A DNA stretch of 64,000 bases from an uncultured Acidobacteriota bacterium (lineage in GTDB: Bacteria > Acidobacteriota > JAQAZP01). Every line of letters begins with the position of its first letter. The first letter of the stretch is position 1. The notes under the pieces were generated by a model. It was not told the origin of the DNA. It saw only the letters and a list, made by a program, of their open reading frames with translations, and made no database searches. The translations under genes and the position numbers were made by a program. The stretch is taken from contig CAWIIB010000009.1 of NCBI GenBank assembly GCA_963836075.1, positions 1,920,001-1,984,000 of the forward strand, in the 5' to 3' direction. Shown piece after piece: positions 41,254 to 51,836 of the stretch.

Positions 41254-41567
41254 CTTTCACCTCTTCAAGTGTTGCGGCAAGGAAAACATCAAGTGGAAAC
41301 TGTCTGGGCCGGCAAAACCCAGAGCCTGTAATTCCAATTATACACGTATGGAATCCAATGCTGAAACCGGTTTTGCGGTTGTGCTACCATCAGCCGCTCA
41401 GAAACTGCGCACTTTACAGTTATTGAGCTTTCTTTACAGTATTTTATCCGGGCTTGAAGCTTGTTAATCCGTTTGTGCCGTCTAATGGGTGTGGCGGAAC
41501 CGGGAACGCACCCGGGCTGTGCCCGGGTGGACGGGCCGGCATTGTTCAGGCCGGAAAGGAAGAGATC

Positions 41568-42904
41568 TTGAAAAAGTTCATCACCATCGTGTTTGTTCTG
41601 GCCATCATCGGCGTTGCGGGCTGGTATTTCCTCCAGGATACCGGCGGCGAGGTGTCGACGTATCGCTTTGTCACCGTGGAGCGTGGCGATCTGGAATCGG
41701 TGGTCTCCACCACCGGGACGCTGGAAGCGGTGACCACCGTGGAGGTGGGGACCCAGGTCTCGGGAATCATTTCCGAGATCTTTGTCGACTTCAACGACAC
41801 GGTGCGCAAGGGCCAGGTGATCGCCCGCCTGGATACCACCCTGCTGGAGAGTGCGGTGCGGGACTCGGAAGCCAACCTCGAACGGAACGAGGCCCAGCTG
41901 CGCCAGGCCCAGCGTGAATACGCCCGGATCGAGGGGCTCTACGAGAAAGAGATCGTGGCCGAGAACGAGTTCAACAGCGCCCAGTATGACCTGGAGGTGG
42001 CCCGGGCCAGCGTCAAGTCGGCCCGGGTGGCCCTGGAGAAGGCCCGGCAGAACCTGGCCTATGCCACGGTCTATGCGCCGATCTCCGGTACGGTGATCGA
42101 GCGCAACGTGGACGTGGGGCAGACCGTGGCCTCCAGCCTCTCCACCCCCCAGCTCTTCCTCATCGCCGATGACCTGGCCAAGATGCAGATCCTCGCCTCG
42201 GTGGACGAGAGCGACATCGGCAAGATTAAGGAGGGGCAGGTGGGACGGTTCACCGTGCAGGCCTACCCCGACGACAGTTTCGAGGGGATGGTGCGCCAGG
42301 TGCGGCTGCAGTCCTCCATGGAGGAGAACGTGGTCAACTACACCGTGGTGGTGGACGTGGAGAACCCGGACGGCACCCTGCTGCCCGGGATGACCGCCAC
42401 GGTGGACTTCCTGGTGGAGACGGTGAGCGACGTGCTCAAGGTGCCCAACGCCGCTCTGCGCTTCCGGGCCACCGAGGAGATGTTCGCCGAGGCGCGGGAG
42501 CGGATGCAGGCCCGGCGTGAAGCCCGGCAGGGCGGGGGAGAAGGACGGCAAAGACCAGAGGGTATGGGCGGCGGCAGACCGGAAGGCGGCAGACCGGAAG
42601 GCGGCAGACCCGGCGGCGGTATGGGTGGCGGGAGGATGGGCGAGATGTTCAGCGGTGGACAGATGCCGGACGGCATGGCCCTGCTCTGGTATCTCGACGA
42701 AGAGGGGATTTCTCTCCATGTCCCCGGTGCGCACCGGGATCAGTGACGGAACAGTCCACCGAGATCATCGGCCGGCGGGTGGAGGAGGGGATGCAGATCA
42801 TCGCCGGAGTGACCAAGAGCGAGACCTCCAGCGGTTTCACCAACCCCTTCCAGAGTCAGAGCCAGCAGCCCCGCCGGGGCGGCCCGCCCCGCGGAGGGTT
42901 CTAG
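41568..42904 (+). CDS. MacA-like efflux periplasmic adaptor subunit (two apparent frameshifts near 42708 and 42755)
   Basis: VEVGTQVSG, APISGTV, GQTVASSL, VDESDIG, LLPGMTA. The C-terminus VRTGISDG..IIAGVTK..GGF continues in shifted frames. Confidence 0.85.
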
Positions 42905-42909
42905 CCCCC

Positions 42910-43614
42910 ATGGACAACGGCACCGTCATCCGCACCGCCGGGATCACCCGGCACTACCAGCTGGGCGCCACCACGGTCAAGGCCCTGGACGGCATCGACT
43001 TTTCGGTGGCCACCGGGGAGATGATCGCCATCATGGGCGCCTCGGGCTCGGGCAAGTCGACCCTGATGAACATCCTCGGCTGTCTCGATTCGCCCACCGC
43101 CGGCACCTACGAGCTGGAGGGAACCCGGGTGGACGGGATGAGCCGCGACCAGCTGGCCGACATCCGCAACCGCAAGATCGGCTTCGTCTTCCAGGTCTTC
43201 AACCTGCTGGCCCGCACCTCGGCCCTGGAGAACGTGGAACTGCCGCTGCTCTACGACCGCACCGGCCGCAAGCTCGAAATCGCGGAAGCTGGCCGCCGAG
43301 GCGCTGGAGCGGGTGGGCCTGGCCGACCGGATGGACCACGAGCCGAGCGAGCTCTCCGGCGGCCAGCAGCAGCGGGTGGCCATCGCCCGGGCTCTGGTCT
43401 CCCAGCCGCCGATGATCCTCGCCGACGAACCCACCGGCAACCTGGACAGCAGCACCACCCTGGAGATCCTCGACCTCTTCAAGGAGCTGAACCGCCAGGG
43501 GATCACCGTCCTGCTGGTGACCCACGAGCAGGAGGTGGCGGCGGTGACCCGGCGGGTGATCACGCTGCGCGACGGACTGATCGTCAGCGACGAGCCCACG
43601 GGGAGGGCCTCCTC

Positions 43615-43618
<4 letters not shown>
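42910..43618 (+). CDS. MacB/LolD-type ABC ATP-binding protein (frameshift near 43279)
   Basis: GASGSGKST in the first frame; [18 protein letters not shown] and VTHE in the second. Confidence 0.85.
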
Positions 43619-44832
<1,214 letters not shown>

Positions 44833-44848
44833 GGGAGAGCTGGGCAGT

Positions 44849-45507
44849 CCCCGGTTTCCGCAACCTCAACCGCGGTTTACATATACCGTCGGAACAACCC
44901 TGCTGATTGACAGTTCTGCCCACCGGCAGTGATGTTGCTCCTCCTGGTCCTCATGGACCAGGCCCCAACGAGTGTTTACCGTCCCCGGCGGGTGAGCGGC
45001 GGCGCCGCTGGGCACAGCTCCTTCGCCAGGTGTTCGAGGTGGATGTTCTGCGCTGTGACAAGTGCGCTGGTGTGATGAAGATCATCTCGTTCATTACGAC
45101 ATCCCAGGACCAGTTGACCCGCCGCATCCTCGATCACCTGGCGGTGAGCACGGTCGTCCCCCGGGCCCACGGGCCGCCCGAGCCGGATGACCATTGGCCC
45201 ACCCCCGACACCGACTGGTGAGGCCGGGCCGGCCACCGCCACACCGACCAACACCCAGCGGTGGGGAACCGAATCGCTTGGCACATCCTGCCGGCTATCC
45301 TTCAATACCGGTGGAAACGGGAGAGGTGTGCCTCGATCCGGACTTGCTGAAGGGTCGTCGTGAGGTGAACGCACGGAATCGGGACGTCCACCTTGACAAA
45401 TTATCTTCCGGGCTCTATGTTTTTTCACATCAGGTTACTGAGCGAAGGGGCCAAGCGGGAACATTGCAGACATTGTTCCCGAAAGGGCCGTTGAAATCCC
45501 TATCCCC
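44849..45507 (+). mobile_element. Internally deleted IS91/ISCR-like element
   Basis: ATG at 44953 (MDQAPTSVYRPRR) joined to the transposase C-terminus WAQLLRQVFEVDVLRCDKCAGVMKIISFI..RILDHL. An oriIS-like TTGAAATCCCTATCCC lies at 45491-45506. Confidence 0.72.
45393..45421 (+). promoter_or_regulatory. Outward-facing sigma70-type promoter inside the element
   Basis: TTGACA-17 nt-TATGTT. Confidence 0.6.
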
Positions 45508-45602
45508 CGTTGCGCCGAGCAGGTGGCCGACTTGCTCACGTGACGAGTCACTGGTCACAGTGGCGGCCTCTGCTGTCCCTGGAATCCCAATGGAGAATTG
45601 CC

Positions 45603-46709
45603 ATGCAGGTCTCCCGAAAATCCAGGTTTCAAGCTTATCTGCTACACCCTAGAAAGGGACTCAACCGGTTCCTTCTTGAGTGTGACATGAGGAGTGCCAG
45701 GGGTATTCCTTGGTCACTTCCCATGAGGCTTGAAATCGTTATCACCGCGCGGTGCAACCTGCGCTGCGAGATGTGCTTCGATTACCGGAAATCCAGTGAA
45801 GATATGCCCACTGGACTCTATCGCGAGGTTGCGAAGGAACTCTTTTCTAAAGCATCTATCGTGTCCCTGATCGGAGGGGAGCCCATGCTCCACCCCGAAT
45901 TCAATGATATCGTTGAGACGGCATCCGACTACGGATGTAATCTGCAAATGACCACCAACGGCACGCTCCTTAATTCGATGCAGGTGCCACTGATACTGCG
46001 TAATTTTGAGAGGATCACCATCTCCTTTGACGGAGGTGATAAAGAAACCTTTGAACGGATCCGCAAAGGGGCCAGGTTCCAGAGCGTGCTAGAGAATGTG
46101 GAGAGACTGATTCGGGGCAGGGATGAAGAGGGCTCAAGGTTAATTGTAGAGCTGGCCTTCTGTGCTTCAAAGGATAACATCCGGCAACTTCCACTAGTGC
46201 TGGATCTCTCCGGGGCCATTGGCGCCGATGTTCTCACAGTGACCATGCTGAAGGTTCACAAGGGGGTTCCTGTGAAGAGGTCACTATTCTTCCATCAGAA
46301 GGAAGCGAACCAGTATTTTCAAATCGCAAGGGAGATGGCCGATGGAATGAAAGTGCACCTAAATCTACCTGGCCTTTTTAACGAAGAGCCTGACGAAAAT
46401 GCTGTGTGCAAGGGATGGAGCGGGTGTACCTACCCGTGGGACAGAGTTAGGATCAAGGTGAACGGCGATGTGGTGGCGTGTTGCAATCTCATGGACCATC
46501 CGATGGGTAACATAAAAAAGAAGAGCTTCAGGGCCATATGGCTCAATGAGCATTACCAGAGGTTCCGAGCAAGTCTCAGAGGGAACCAACCCCTGTATTC
46601 GCAGTGTCTGCACTGTCGCCTGCTGAGCCCTGATATCAACGATCCTTACCTTCACATCGATCAAGACCAGGACTTGAAAGAGGAATTATTTCGTCTCGCG
46701 CAGGAGTGA
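45603..46709 (+). CDS. Radical SAM/SPASM protein, lower GC than flanks
   Basis: CNLRCEMC, GGEP, TTNG, CTYPW..GDVVACC..CLHC. Confidence 0.88.
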   Translation: MQVSRKSRFQAYLLHPRKGLNRFLLECDMRSARGIPWSLPMRLEIVITARCNLRCEMCFDYRKSSEDMPTGLYREVAKELFSKASIVSLIGGEPMLHPEFNDIVETASDYGCNLQMTTNGTLLNSMQVPLILRNFERITISFDGGDKETFERIRKGARFQSVLENVERLIRGRDEEGSRLIVELAFCASKDNIRQLPLVLDLSGAIGADVLTVTMLKVHKGVPVKRSLFFHQKEANQYFQIAREMADGMKVHLNLPGLFNEEPDENAVCKGWSGCTYPWDRVRIKVNGDVVACCNLMDHPMGNIKKKSFRAIWLNEHYQRFRASLRGNQPLYSQCLHCRLLSPDINDPYLHIDQDQDLKEELFRLAQE

Positions 46710-46755
46710 AACAAAGAAGAAAAGCCCCTCCCCCGCTCTCGGGGAAAGGGTCAAC

Positions 46756-46910
46756 CCCCGGTTTCCGCAACGTCAACCGCGGTTTACACATACCGTCGGA
46801 ACAACCCTGCTGATTGACAGTTCTGCCCACCGGCAGTGATATTGCTCCTCCTGGTCCTCATGGACCAGGCCCCAACGAGTGTATACCGTCCCCGGCGGGT
46901 GAGCGGCGGC
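46756..46910 (+). repeat. Second, partial copy of the left end of the IS91-like element
   Basis: 155-bp direct repeat of 44849-45003; 4 mismatches counted by eye. Confidence 0.9.
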
Positions 46911-47089
46911 ATGTTGCAGGGGTGTATTGGTCCATCGAGTCTTGATCGGCGCTGATAGCCGATTTTGCTCTGATTCAACATCCCACCAATCGTTGATTTT
47001 TGTCGGGAAGCGGCCGTGAGCGCGGTTCGACTGATGATTGTCCGTTTCGGATAGACTTTGCGATGACGCAAGATTTCTGACCGCGGAAA

Positions 47090-48883
47090 TCAGCCGGGAA
47101 CCCGGTAGGTGAGATACTCCTTTTCCCGGGCGATCAGCAGGGCCCCCAGTCGTTGCTTCAGCAATTCATGCAGGGCCTCCTCCTCTTCCTGGCGGTAGCA
47201 GGAGCGATCCACATTGATAAGGCGGATGCCATAGTCCTCCAGCAGTTCGGTGAACGCCTGTTGATCCGGTGCCGGCCGCCCGAGACGGTTCGGGGCGCTG
47301 AGATAGACCAGCGCGCGGTTCCGGCTCAGGGCGATCGCCATAGCCTTACCGGCCCGGGAGACGTGCCCGCCCACACGGGGCTGCTGATGTATGGTCTGGA
47401 ACAAGGTCGTTTTGTAGCGTGGGTTGCCGATAGCGAAATACGCCCCTGAGGCCCAAAAGGGGAGTTCCAGCAGACATCCCTCATGAAGGCCATCCTTGTC
47501 CAGTTCGTGGTAGATCGCCGGCGGCTGGTGGAGATCGATCAGCCTGAACGGTGCCCGGGAATACTCGGCAAAGGGGAAGAGGACCACCAGGATGGTGACA
47601 GCGATCCGAGCCCATGGCCGGCGACCTGCGAGGAAGCATTTCTCCAGAGCGCTCCAGGACAAGGCGGCGAGAATGGCCACTGCCAGGGTCAGGGGGATCA
47701 CGTAACGGCTAGGAAACCGGATCGAACTGAAACCGGGGAGGTCGAACAGGGTCAGGTGCAGCGAGGGGATGTGGTGGCCAAAGGATTCGGGGCGGGGCCC
47801 CAGCATAAGCCAGAGAAGGGGGATGGCGGCCCCGGCCCAGATCAGTGCCGGCCAACGCGCGCGCCGGTTGGCCAGCGTGAACCCGAGGCCGGTGACCAGG
47901 ATCAGGGTCACCCCGTAACCGAGGAGCGGGCCCCTTCGTGGCATGGTCTGTTCAAGAGCCCGGGCCGCCAGGCCGGCAAGCCCTGAATCAGGCCACTGAT
48001 TCCAGGAGCGCCGGCCGGTGGTGTGGTCGAAGAGTATGTGCTCCAGCGATGTTGCGCGGAGTGCCACCTGGTCCAGGCTACCGGTGATGCGATTCTCATC
48101 CGAACTCTCCGCCATCTCCACCAGCATCGGTGCAGCCAGAACACCGGCCGTCAAGATGGCGATCACCGTTCCGGTGAGGAGTGCCTTGACCTCTGTTCGC
48201 CGCGGTCGGTGAACCACCAGCCCATGGATCACCAGCGGGACCAGGAGCAGCAGGGAGAAGAGCACCTGCTGCAGGCTGGTATAGAAGATCAGTGCCGCCG
48301 CCAGGCCGATCCCCAGCCCGGTTCGGCGGCGGCCGTTCTTCAGCAAGAGCAGAACCAGCAGCAGAAGGAGCGGGATCCACTGCCGGCAGACCAGGTTCAT
48401 CTGGCACTGGAAGACATAGCGCCAGTTGGGATGGGCAAAGGAGAAGACGATGCCGGCCAGCAGGCTGGCGGATCGTGAGCCGCCCAGTTCCCTGACCAGC
48501 AGGAAAGTGAACCAGCCGCCGAGCACAAAAGAGAGGAGGAAGAGCAGGTTGTGGGCGAGGAGGATGTTCCATGGCGACCCGAGAAGGATACCGATCAGGC
48601 CATTGGTCAGGGTCAGGGTGTGAAAGGCGAGGCTGGTCCCCTGGGGATAGAAGAGGAAATTGGTATGGAAGAGCGGCTGGTCGGGTATGGCCAGCGTGTA
48701 CCGGACCCACCAGAGGTTCCAGAAAAAGATGTACTTGTCGCCCTGCCCGGGCATGCTCTTGTGGGACAGGTGAAAGATCAGCGGGTGGAGGGCCGCCGAG
48801 GCGAGCAGGGAATAGACCACCGGTGGCATCAGGATGTCCACAAGCCTGAACCACCTGCGTCTTGGTGTCTTGCCGCTGTTCAT
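47090..48883 (-). CDS. Multi-pass membrane protein, GT-C/YfhO-like glycosyltransferase
   Basis: GDKYIFFWNLWW..NFLFYPQG..FH, RFPSRY, many TM helices. Confidence 0.7.
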   Translation of the reverse strand: MNSGKTPRRRWFRLVDILMPPVVYSLLASAALHPLIFHLSHKSMPGQGDKYIFFWNLWWVRYTLAIPDQPLFHTNFLFYPQGTSLAFHTLTLTNGLIGILLGSPWNILLAHNLLFLLSFVLGGWFTFLLVRELGGSRSASLLAGIVFSFAHPNWRYVFQCQMNLVCRQWIPLLLLLVLLLLKNGRRRTGLGIGLAAALIFYTSLQQVLFSLLLLVPLVIHGLVVHRPRRTEVKALLTGTVIAILTAGVLAAPMLVEMAESSDENRITGSLDQVALRATSLEHILFDHTTGRRSWNQWPDSGLAGLAARALEQTMPRRGPLLGYGVTLILVTGLGFTLANRRARWPALIWAGAAIPLLWLMLGPRPESFGHHIPSLHLTLFDLPGFSSIRFPSRYVIPLTLAVAILAALSWSALEKCFLAGRRPWARIAVTILVVLFPFAEYSRAPFRLIDLHQPPAIYHELDKDGLHEGCLLELPFWASGAYFAIGNPRYKTTLFQTIHQQPRVGGHVSRAGKAMAIALSRNRALVYLSAPNRLGRPAPDQQAFTELLEDYGIRLINVDRSCYRQEEEEALHELLKQRLGALLIAREKEYLTYRVPG

Positions 48884-48892
48884 GGTGTCGAT

Positions 48893-49790
48893 TCACGAAG
48901 CAAGAGTGATTGCCGGTCCAGTGGCCGGCCATCGATCCGCCCCAGCAGCACCCGGTGGGTGACCCGCAACCGGCTCGGATTCGGTCGGCACGTTGACTGA
49001 AGGGGGTAGAAGCCCGGGGGCCTGCTCGATGATCACGTTTGCCACCGAAACGGGACCTCCAGCCACCGGCTCTTCCGTGGCTGCCGCCAGTTTGTCGTCA
49101 AGCACGAGACTCGATTTGCCAGAGGACTGGACCTGGATCACCTATCGCCCCTCTTCGGCGATGTATAGGAATCCGCGCCACTCCGCCCGACTGCATCGGT
49201 CAACACCGCCGGCCAGCATCGGGGTGAGTCGTATGCCGCTCACCCGAAACGCTTCCCCGGCCAGTCGGCTCGCCCCGGCGATCAACCGGCCGGTGCGGGG
49301 GAGCGGCGGGTCAACGGCCAGCCCCTGTTCTCTGGCAAAGACACGCGCCGCCTGATGGTCCTGGCCCCAGTCGAGGTTCGAGTCGGCCATCACCAGGTGG
49401 GCCGAGGATGGCCGGACCAACTCGTTGGAGTAGGCGATGTAATCGGGAAAATAGAGCAGGGTCGAGAGAACGGTGGCCCCCAGGCAGGTCAGGGCAGTGG
49501 TGCTGACCCGCTTCCCCCTCCTCTTCCCGGTTTCCCGGAGCAGCGAGCCGGCCCAGACAAAGGCGAAGGGAAGCACCGGCAACACGTAGCGGATGCCCAG
49601 CTGCACGTTGGAAACGAGACTGAAGACCACCAGCCAGGCCAGTGGCGGCAGAGCAAGATAGGGACCGGCACCACCAAACCTGCCGGGGGTGTCGTTGAAT
49701 CGCACCTGCCGCTTGCCGACAAACCCGCTGACCATGGTGAGCAGGATGAGGAGTGCTGCCAGCTGGGAACGAACCGAGTTCAAGAGGTGC
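48893..49790 (-). pseudogene. C-terminal fragment of a GT39/ArnT-like glycosyltransferase with a PA14-like tail
   Basis: QLGIRYVLP, YIAYSNE, DSNLDWGQD; EWRGFLYIAEEGR*VIQVQS with TAG at 49144-49142; N-terminus missing. Confidence 0.6.
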
Positions 49791-49852
49791 CACCATTGCA
49801 GAAGCAGTGAGTTCCTCCGGGTCTGTAGTCAGATGGATTGTACACGAAAACG

Positions 49853-50012
49853 GATGGCCGGGCATTACCGGTTGGGCCACCGCCATTTCGCCGGCCACGG
49901 TGATCGTGGCCCTGGTCTTTTCCGCCGCGGTGGGCATCTTCTTCGGCTACTACCCGGCACGGAAGGCCGCCGCCCTCGATCCCATCGAGGCGCTGAGATA
50001 CGAGTAGGGGAG
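49853..50012 (+). repeat. Copy 2 of the permease 3' end
   Basis: Homologous to about 44680-44837, with mostly synonymous differences. Confidence 0.9.
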
Positions 50013-50116
50013 TGGGGCCCGCTCCTCTTTTTGCATTGGATGGGTTTTCAGGAGCGACGACCGACAATTTGTTGAGTATCCAGCGGTTTCAATGTCGGGC
50101 GTGCGGAAACAGGTGA

Positions 50117-51301
50117 TTATTCAGGAGCCGTAGAGGTCAATGTCTCCCAGATATCGTCGACAGTGAGAGGATTGAAGATGCGGACGTCTCCGAGTTCGAA
50201 TCGCCGCTCGCCATTGTAGAGGACGGCACCTGGGGTGACTCGTTTGGTTCCCAACGCTTTGAACCGTTCCAGCCCCTTGATGAAATCATTGGAAAAAGTG
50301 CTGCCGGACTTGATCTCGATTGGTGTGAGCAATCCCTTTTCCCTGATGAGCAGATCGACCTCGTTGCCGTGCGAGTCGCGGAAGAAATAGACCTCCGGCC
50401 GGATTCCCTTGTTGTGAGCCCCCTTCATGATATCCGCAATGATGAAGTTCTCGTACAGATTGCCACGCAAGGGATCGCGGAACGCCTGCTCGGCCGTGTG
50501 GATGCCCAGCAGGAAGGCTGCGAGTCCCACGTCCGTGAAGAATATTTTGGCGGACCTGATCACACGCTTTTGAATATTCTCGAAAAATGGGGGAAGCTCG
50601 AAAACGACAAACGACGCTTTCAGTACAGAGAGCCAGTTTCTGATCGTTGTGCCGGAAGCGCCCACGTCGTTTCCGAGCGAAGCGAGGTTGACGATCTGAC
50701 CCACCCGTCCAGCCAACAGGGTGAGAAACTTCTGAAACTGCGACAAGTCCCGCAACTGGATTAATGCACGCACATCGCGCTCGACATAGGTTTGCAGGTA
50801 ACCGTTGTAAAACCTGCGTGGCTCGAGCCCCTCATCGTGAAGCCGCGGGTAACATCCACGATAGATCATGTCGAAGGGGTCTCTCACAGACCCGTAGTGG
50901 CGAACCTCATGAAGGGAGAAAGGCCACAATGTCAGCATGGCGGTTCTGCCCGCCAACGACTGGCTGATCGCTTCATGGAGTTGCGGTTGATGGCTGCCAG
51001 TCAGGATAAATCGCCCACGTTGTGTACCCTGATCGACCATTCCCTGGATGTATGAAAGAAGAACCGGCAGGCGTTGTATTTCATCCAGGATTCCGCCGTC
51101 TTCTATCTGACCAAGAAATCTTCGAGGATCGGCTTCGGCCGCAATCCGGACATCCGGGTCTTCCAGCGAAAAGTAAGGTTTGTCATGAAAGGCCATTCGG
51201 GCCAGTGTGGTCTTACCCGATTGGCGAGGGCCCAGGATGGTCACCACCGGATACTCTGCGGCAGACTGGATCAGTTCGTCTGTGATATCTCGAGTAATCA
51301 T
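50117..51301 (-). CDS. AAA_14/DUF4143 ATP-binding protein
   Basis: GPRQSGKTT, LDEIQ, LTGS, ESLAGR-like QSLAGR, EVDL..EIKS. Confidence 0.9.
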   Translation of the reverse strand: MITRDITDELIQSAAEYPVVTILGPRQSGKTTLARMAFHDKPYFSLEDPDVRIAAEADPRRFLGQIEDGGILDEIQRLPVLLSYIQGMVDQGTQRGRFILTGSHQPQLHEAISQSLAGRTAMLTLWPFSLHEVRHYGSVRDPFDMIYRGCYPRLHDEGLEPRRFYNGYLQTYVERDVRALIQLRDLSQFQKFLTLLAGRVGQIVNLASLGNDVGASGTTIRNWLSVLKASFVVFELPPFFENIQKRVIRSAKIFFTDVGLAAFLLGIHTAEQAFRDPLRGNLYENFIIADIMKGAHNKGIRPEVYFFRDSHGNEVDLLIREKGLLTPIEIKSGSTFSNDFIKGLERFKALGTKRVTPGAVLYNGERRFELGDVRIFNPLTVDDIWETLTSTAPE

Positions 51302-51428
51302 ATTGCTCTGAATATAGTGCATGATTGTGTAAATAGCAAGTTGAAGATCATATTTGCACAATCATGCATCCTGAAACATTCAAGCTATTGATATTGTATA
51401 GCTTAGCCCTGAAGGAGGTGCGCCCCCT

Positions 51429-51775
51429 ACGAGCTGGCCGCCTGGGAGGAGGGCGACTTCACCGTGCGCAACCAGACCGAGCGCACCAGGGAGATCGGCA
51501 TCCGCATGGCCATCGGCGCCCGGGGCCGCGACGTGCTGACCCAGTTTCTGGTGGAGAGCATCGTGATGAGCATCCTCGGCGGGGCCATCGGCATCGGCGT
51601 CGGTTTTGCCGGGTCGTCGCTGATCGGCCGCTTCACCGGCTGGGCCACCACCATCTCGCCGGCCACCGTCATCGTGGCCCTGGTCTTCTCCGCCGCGGTG
51701 GGCATCTTCTTCGGCTACTACCCGGCGCGCAAGGCCGCCGCCCTTGATCCCATCGAGGCGCTGAGATACGAGTAG
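51429..51775 (+). repeat. Copy 3 of the permease 3' end with an internal 123-bp deletion
   Basis: Homologous to 44363-44832; the deletion joins the two ACCGAGC motifs at 44410 and 44533. Confidence 0.9.
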
Positions 51776-51836
51776 TTGAGCTGGGATCACCCGGGAGCAC
51801 ACAGAGGGAGCAAGGAATTCCGCGAAGTGCAGCACT

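Noticed and set aside
42560-42625. GGCGGCAGACCGGAA tandem repeat as a CRISPR or phase-variation locus
   Set aside because: It is a 15-bp coding repeat (GGRPE) in a low-complexity linker, with no spacers.
49142-49144. TAG as pyrrolysine or readthrough
   Set aside because: It lies in a 5'-truncated gene fragment at a position likely to have been Tyr.
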